DNA of 63,450 nucleotides, the filler included, from Licmophora abbreviata (Eukaryota): NCBI GenBank assembly GCA_900291995.1. It is 17 parts of 17 records of this genome, joined end to end, with 100 filler letters (N's around TTAATTAATTAA, not from the genome) between each part and the next. Parts side by side here need not be neighbours in the genome. Positions count along the whole stretch, not along the records: positions 55,701 to 62,009 come from OLMU01003925.1; positions 62,110 to 63,450 come from OLMU01003929.1; 15 more parts are not named here. One strand, written 5' to 3'. The notes below the pieces were generated by a model. That model had not been told where the DNA came from and made no database searches. It saw only the letters and a list, made by a program, of their open reading frames with translations. Positions 59,240-63,450 of this stretch are shown piece after piece (position 1 is the first letter of the stretch; each line of letters starts with the position of its first letter). The position numbers and the translations under genes are program-made.

Positions 59240-59415
59240 AGGACGGCAAAAGAGGATGCGGAACACCAAACTAGACGTCTTAACTTTACTAGCTCCCTGC
59301 TAGGTGGACTTATTTTGACTGAGTGGAAATGCGAACCTATCTAATAATGTATCCCCGGATCCATCGATTCTCAACACCGGCGAGAGTGCACACGACATTC
59401 AACAAGTTGTCTCGT

Positions 59416-60375
59416 TTAGACACGAGTATTTAGCTGCTTCTTGGCCTTGTCAATACGGCCCGTGACAGCTGCAATGTCACGTTCTGACAAAGTAAAGACG
59501 TTGAAGACTTGGTCAAAGGCCGATACCGTATCCTGAACGGAGCCTTGGATTTCTTCTGTCACAGCATTCAACGCTTTCTGAGCTCCCGAATGCAAACTCA
59601 ACGCAGTCGATGCGGTTCGTCGTTTCGATCTAGAAGATCGCCCGGAGTGTCTGGAACTTTCCTCCGAGGATCGCCGATGACGCTGCTGTTCTGACTTGGA
59701 GGGACCTCGCGACGACCTAGCGCTTCGTGATGACTTGGTGGTGCTGCGTGACGACCTCATGCGGGCTGGTTCTCTCTCTTCATCATCCGGTGTTTCTTCT
59801 TCTGTAGTAGAGGTATGCGCCGCCTCGAGACGGATGGCACGAAGCGGAGCGGCAGCGGCGGTACTGTCCAAACTTGTGTTCATGTACGAGTCCGTCTCGA
59901 ATCTTTTCGTCGTCGGAGATCGCCCGGTCGTCCTTCGGACTCTACTGTGATGACTTTTGGCAGAGGATGATGGTGACGGAGTCACCGCAGAAACAGTCGG
60001 CCTCTCGTCGGTCATCTCAAAAGACATATCGCTCCCCGTCGCTCTTGTCTTCAATCGTTTTTGCCGAGCCGTATCGTACCTCAGACGATGATCCGGATCG
60101 TCCAGAATTCGAAATGCCATGACGACGGCATCCATGCGCCGCTCCGCCTGGATGCGCTGCGATGCCGTGTCGTCCACGAAGATGTCCTCGTCCATGGCTG
60201 CCAATTGCGAAAAGAGTTCCGTGCGTCGTTGGAAGAAGGCAGATCGGAGTTCAGTGCGGGATGATAGAAAGGAGACTTTCAATACGTCCGTGTAGAGATC
60301 GGCGTCGGGGCCGAAGGCGTGGTCAATGACACTGACATCGACTCCGTCGGGTGGGACATAGGAGTCGGCCATCAT
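59416..60375 (-). CDS. J-domain-like protein lacking the HPD motif
   Basis: DLYTDVLKV...ELRSAFF...MDAVVMAFRILDDPDHRLRYD, followed by an Ser/Arg-rich disordered region. Confidence 0.6.
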   Translation of the reverse strand: MMADSYVPPDGVDVSVIDHAFGPDADLYTDVLKVSFLSSRTELRSAFFQRRTELFSQLAAMDEDIFVDDTASQRIQAERRMDAVVMAFRILDDPDHRLRYDTARQKRLKTRATGSDMSFEMTDERPTVSAVTPSPSSSAKSHHSRVRRTTGRSPTTKRFETDSYMNTSLDSTAAAAPLRAIRLEAAHTSTTEEETPDDEEREPARMRSSRSTTKSSRSARSSRGPSKSEQQRHRRSSEESSRHSGRSSRSKRRTASTALSLHSGAQKALNAVTEEIQGSVQDTVSAFDQVFNVFTLSERDIAAVTGRIDKAKKQLNTRV

Positions 60376-61012
60376 GGACAGTTGTGGACATGTACGATAC
60401 GAGCGAGGGCAGTCTCGGGGAAAGGCAAGGCCGCCGCAGAAGAGATCGTCTTCAAGAAAGAGTGCAACGACAACGACAACAACAAGGAAGAGGCAAGACA
60501 AGCTCTGATGGAGGCTGAGATCGCTCTTGGCAGCATGGTGAAACAATGCAATTTTCTTCCTTCCTCTAGATGTCAATGCAGATTTTGGCGCCAAAATAAT
60601 CCCAGCTGTTCTTTCTCTCGTCTAGCTAGATCTCATGTATAAAAGTGTGTTGCTTGGAGGATGAGAGCGCCAAGGCAGAGCGCAAGCCAAGCCATCCGTA
60701 TTCTCTGTATCGCCTGCACGTCTTTTCCAACTTCCGATAAGTATTCTGAGTATCAGTTGTAAAATACCCTCAGTTCATGAGTACAATCATAAAATGTCAC
60801 TCTTTAGACAGCTTGGCTGTTGTCAATCTCGCTCCCAGCCACAAGTCAAAACGAGGCTGTCTGTGGGAAAACTGACTTACCGCTTACTTCAAACGCTTTT
60901 AGCTCGCTTTCTCGTAGATCCGGTACCTACGTACGATTCTACTCGATATGTACCACACAGCCTGACTGAAAGTCACAGTACAACATTCCATCGTTAGCAC
61001 GAAGGATTCACC

Positions 61013-62009
61013 ATGGGTAAGAACGAGACCGTTTTTCACCGGCAATGGACAGATCCCCTGTCCTCCGAAGCATATTATTCAGTGAGAGCGATGAGGACTG
61101 ATCATTAGACCAAAAGATGGAAGTTGAACACGAACAAACGCCGATAAAGAAGACAAGAGCGCACCGCTGCGAATGGGTTATGTGCTGCTGATGAGGACGT
61201 ACCGATGGATTCTGGTGACCGTCGCGGCTCGAATAGGAAAGACAAGTGCTGCAAGGAGCAACCATTGGAGGATGCAGGACGCGGAAACGGCGCCGTCTTT
61301 TTTCGCTGCCAAAATATCTGATTTTCTCACACTACTTTGCCGTTACTATCTGATTTTTAATAGTGTCCTTGAAGCTCCAGAAACGCCTCGCGGCCGACGT
61401 GCTCAAATGCGGAAAGCGCAAGATCTGGCTGGACCCAAATGAGATCAACGAAATTGCTCTTGCCAACTCGCGCCGAAATATCGCCCGCCTCGAGAAGGAT
61501 GGTTTGATCATGAAGAAGCCGACGGTGGTGCACTCGAGGGCGCGCGTGTCGCTTCGAAATGAAGCCAAGCGAAAGGGACGGCACACGGGTGAGTTCATTC
61601 TTTGTGTGTTGGCATGAAACGAGGAAGATAAACTGCCCCTGGAATTCTGTCTGGGTCTCCCGTGAGGGAGATTCTTGTGGATAGATGGCTGTTTGGGCTT
61701 TTGTTGTCTTTATGGTATCGGTACACCGGGGGGCAAGAAAAGATTGGTTGGCGGGAGTCTTAAAAGACAACACGACTGACCAGCCGGCCCAGACAACTGG
61801 CGGTCCGATTCCACGCATGGCTTGAAGACTTATTCACTCGAGCCGTGTACTATAGTCACAGTGACTACATTTCGCTTCGACACGTTGTGTGGATGCATCT
61901 TGGATCTCACCCGTCTTGCTCTTTGCTTGATACGATTTATAGGCACTGGTAAGCGTCGCGGTACTGCGAATGCTCGCCTTCCCTTCAAGGTCCTGTGGAT
62001 GCGACGCAT
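61013..62009 (+). CDS. RPL19: 60S ribosomal protein L19 (eL19), 3' truncated; exons 61013-61016, 61364-61588, 61943-
   Basis: Spliced [28 protein letters not shown]...[27 protein letters not shown]. Confidence 0.96.
61634..61798 (+). ncRNA. Probable intronic H/ACA box snoRNA in RPL19 intron 2
   Basis: Hairpin 1 closed by TGCCCCTGG/CCGGGGGGCA, with inner TCTCCC-GTGA-GGGAGA. H box AGAAAA at 61736-61741. Hairpin 2 TTGGTTGG...GTCTT-AA-AAGAC...CCAGCCGG. ACA at 61793-61795. Confidence 0.55.
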
Positions 62010-62124
62010 NNNNNNNNNNNNNNNNNNNNNNNNNNNNNNNNNNNNNNNNNNNNTTAATTAATTAANNNNNNNNNNNNNNNNNNNNNNNNNNNNNNNNNNN
62101 NNNNNNNNNTATCATAGATACAGT

Positions 62125-63450
62125 ATGCCATCATCCTCACGATACGCGAGAGTCGTCCTGCAAGCATCACTCACAAAGAGTCCGTTGGGAATCATCGGCA
62201 TCACCCCTGTCCGCCGATACGCATCATCCTCGTCTACCACTGCTACAACTACTACAAACAACAACAACAACAACAACAACAACCACTCTTCCTTGTTGGA
62301 ATCCTACAAGGCCATGATTGACCGTGGCGACATTACTCCCGACCCTCATCAAGAACGTGCCATTCAAGCACTCAATCGACTGCAGCAGGAACTCCAAACA
62401 ACGGACGTTCCACCACTACCACGGTCCTCCCACCACTCGTCTCCTGACAATCATCATTCTTTTGATACACACAAACAGGAACCAGTGCCACAGTGGAAGA
62501 CCCTCTTTGGGAACTTCTTTGGACATGAAACACCGCACGTCGTCAAGAAACCTCCCAAAGGAGTGTATCTACACGGCGGGGTCGGTTCGGGAAAGACCTT
62601 TGTTATGAATCTATTTTACAATCACATCCAGAAAGACAATGCTACTCCAACTAGTACAACATGGCAACAGGAAATTCACAAGGTTCACTTTCACAAGTTC
62701 ATGTTGGACGTGCATCAACAAATGCACGAAGCAAAGTATGTGGACGGTCTGGAAGGCGGCGATCCAGTACTGGAACGAGTCATTCAAAGGATAGTGCAGC
62801 AGCAGGGCAGATTGATCTGTTTCGATGAATTTCAAGTTACCGATGTGGCAGATGCATTGATCTTGCGGCGTCTCTTTACAGGATTGTGGAACGAGGGGGC
62901 TGTTGTTGTAGCCACCTCCAATCGACCGCCCCAAGATTTGTACTTGAATGGACTGCAGCGGGACCGATTCTTGCCCTTTATTGACTTGTTGCTTGACCGC
63001 TGTCAGATTGTTAGTTTGTGGGACAGTGATACGGATTATCGATTGATTCAAGCTGAACACAAGGCCAAGGGTGTGTACTTTATCGACGACGCCAAGAAAG
63101 ACTTCCACAATGTCTTTCATGCACTCGTCGCGGGCCGGAATGTCGTGGGAACGTCTCTCACGACACAAGGACGGACAGTAGCGATTCCCATGGCGTGTTG
63201 GAGTGCGGGCATTGCGCGATTTGCTTTTGAGGATCTGTGTGCCAAAGCACTCGGGGCTGCCGATTATCTCGTCATTGGACAGCACTTTCATACCGTCTTT
63301 GTTAGTAACATACCCACCATGACATTGAACGAAGTCAATTATCTTCGACGCTTCATTGTCTTTGTGGATGTCATGTACGAGTGTCATGTCAAGTTGATTG
63401 TGCATGCAGCGGCGGCTCCCTCTGGCCTGTTTGAGGTGGACCTTGAGAAT
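62125..63450 (+). CDS. AFG1: AFG1/LACE1-like mitochondrial ATPase, runs off the window
   Basis: Not in the ORF track because no stop lies inside the window. Presequence, PDPHQ, PKGVYLHGGVGSGKT, VHFHKFM, CFDEFQVTDVADA, ATSNRPP, LYLNGLQRDRF and LGAADY. Confidence 0.93.
   Translation, partial: MPSSSRYARVVLQASLTKSPLGIIGITPVRRYASSSSTTATTTTNNNNNNNNNHSSLLESYKAMIDRGDITPDPHQERAIQALNRLQQELQTTDVPPLPRSSHHSSPDNHHSFDTHKQEPVPQWKTLFGNFFGHETPHVVKKPPKGVYLHGGVGSGKTFVMNLFYNHIQKDNATPTSTTWQQEIHKVHFHKFMLDVHQQMHEAKYVDGLEGGDPVLERVIQRIVQQQGRLICFDEFQVTDVADALILRRLFTGLWNEGAVVVATSNRPPQDLYLNGLQRDRFLPFIDLLLDRCQIVSLWDSDTDYRLIQAEHKAKGVYFIDDAKKDFHNVFHALVAGRNVVGTSLTTQGRTVAIPMACWSAGIARFAFEDLCAKALGAADYLVIGQHFHTVFVSNIPTMTLNEVNYLRRFIVFVDVMYECHVKLIVHAAAAPSGLFEVDLEN
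62257..62283 (+). repeat. (AAC)9 microsatellite encoding poly-Asn
   Basis: Run of aac triplets in the AFG1 N-terminal region. Confidence 0.9.

Noticed and set aside
61186..61245. Hammerhead ribozyme suggested by CTGATGAG...GAAA in RPL19 intron 1
   Set aside because: Stem II does not close directly onto GAAA, and I could not find stems I and III.
7948..62109. Recurring TTAATTAATTAA palindrome as a biological repeat, CRISPR-like array or transposon end
   Set aside because: It is always centred in exactly 44+44 N and puts stops in all six frames, so it is a scaffolding linker.
62611..63405. 264-aa minus-strand ORF, and similar long antisense ORFs over CS, PYC and the carrier
   Set aside because: They are shadows of well-conserved genes on the opposite strand and have no motifs of their own.

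Overview
Gene-dense eukaryotic nuclear DNA, most likely a diatom. This is inferred from short GT-AG introns, bipartite plastid presequences with ASAF-like motifs, a chlorophyll a/c-type LHC and a plastid-type pyruvate carboxylase. It is a draft assembly of 17 pieces joined by 16 artificial 100-nt spacers (N44-TTAATTAATTAA-N44). Three junctions have 12-44 bp overlaps, and three single-base frameshifts look like homopolymer errors. About 42 protein genes or fragments can be read, including citrate synthase, glutathione reductase (C-terminal SKL), a COG0523 GTPase, an RlmL-like THUMP methylase, MiaB, WDR5, TFIIF-alpha, Rab7, pyruvate carboxylase, TadA, a DHHC enzyme, a mitochondrial carrier, NDUFA4/B12D, a sulfurtransferase, GH72, an M43 protease, RPL19 and AFG1. 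There is also one tRNA-Val(CAC) and a probable intronic H/ACA snoRNA. No CRISPR, rRNA or recognisable transposon was seen. The best leads are: (1) a head-to-head duplicated pair of membrane-anchored lysyl-hydroxylase-like 2OG/Fe(II) dioxygenases with KDEL-like ends, candidate silaffin or cell-wall protein hydroxylases; (2) a Cys-less LOV-like PAS protein with a mitochondrial-type presequence, divergent from citrate synthase around a TGACGTCA site; (3) a parvulin-MiaB fusion; (4) a hidden three-exon Pro-1 tautomerase-like gene; (5) a small Tim lacking its outer cysteine pair; (6) several bacterial-looking domains. All family calls come from motif recognition by eye; no database search was run.
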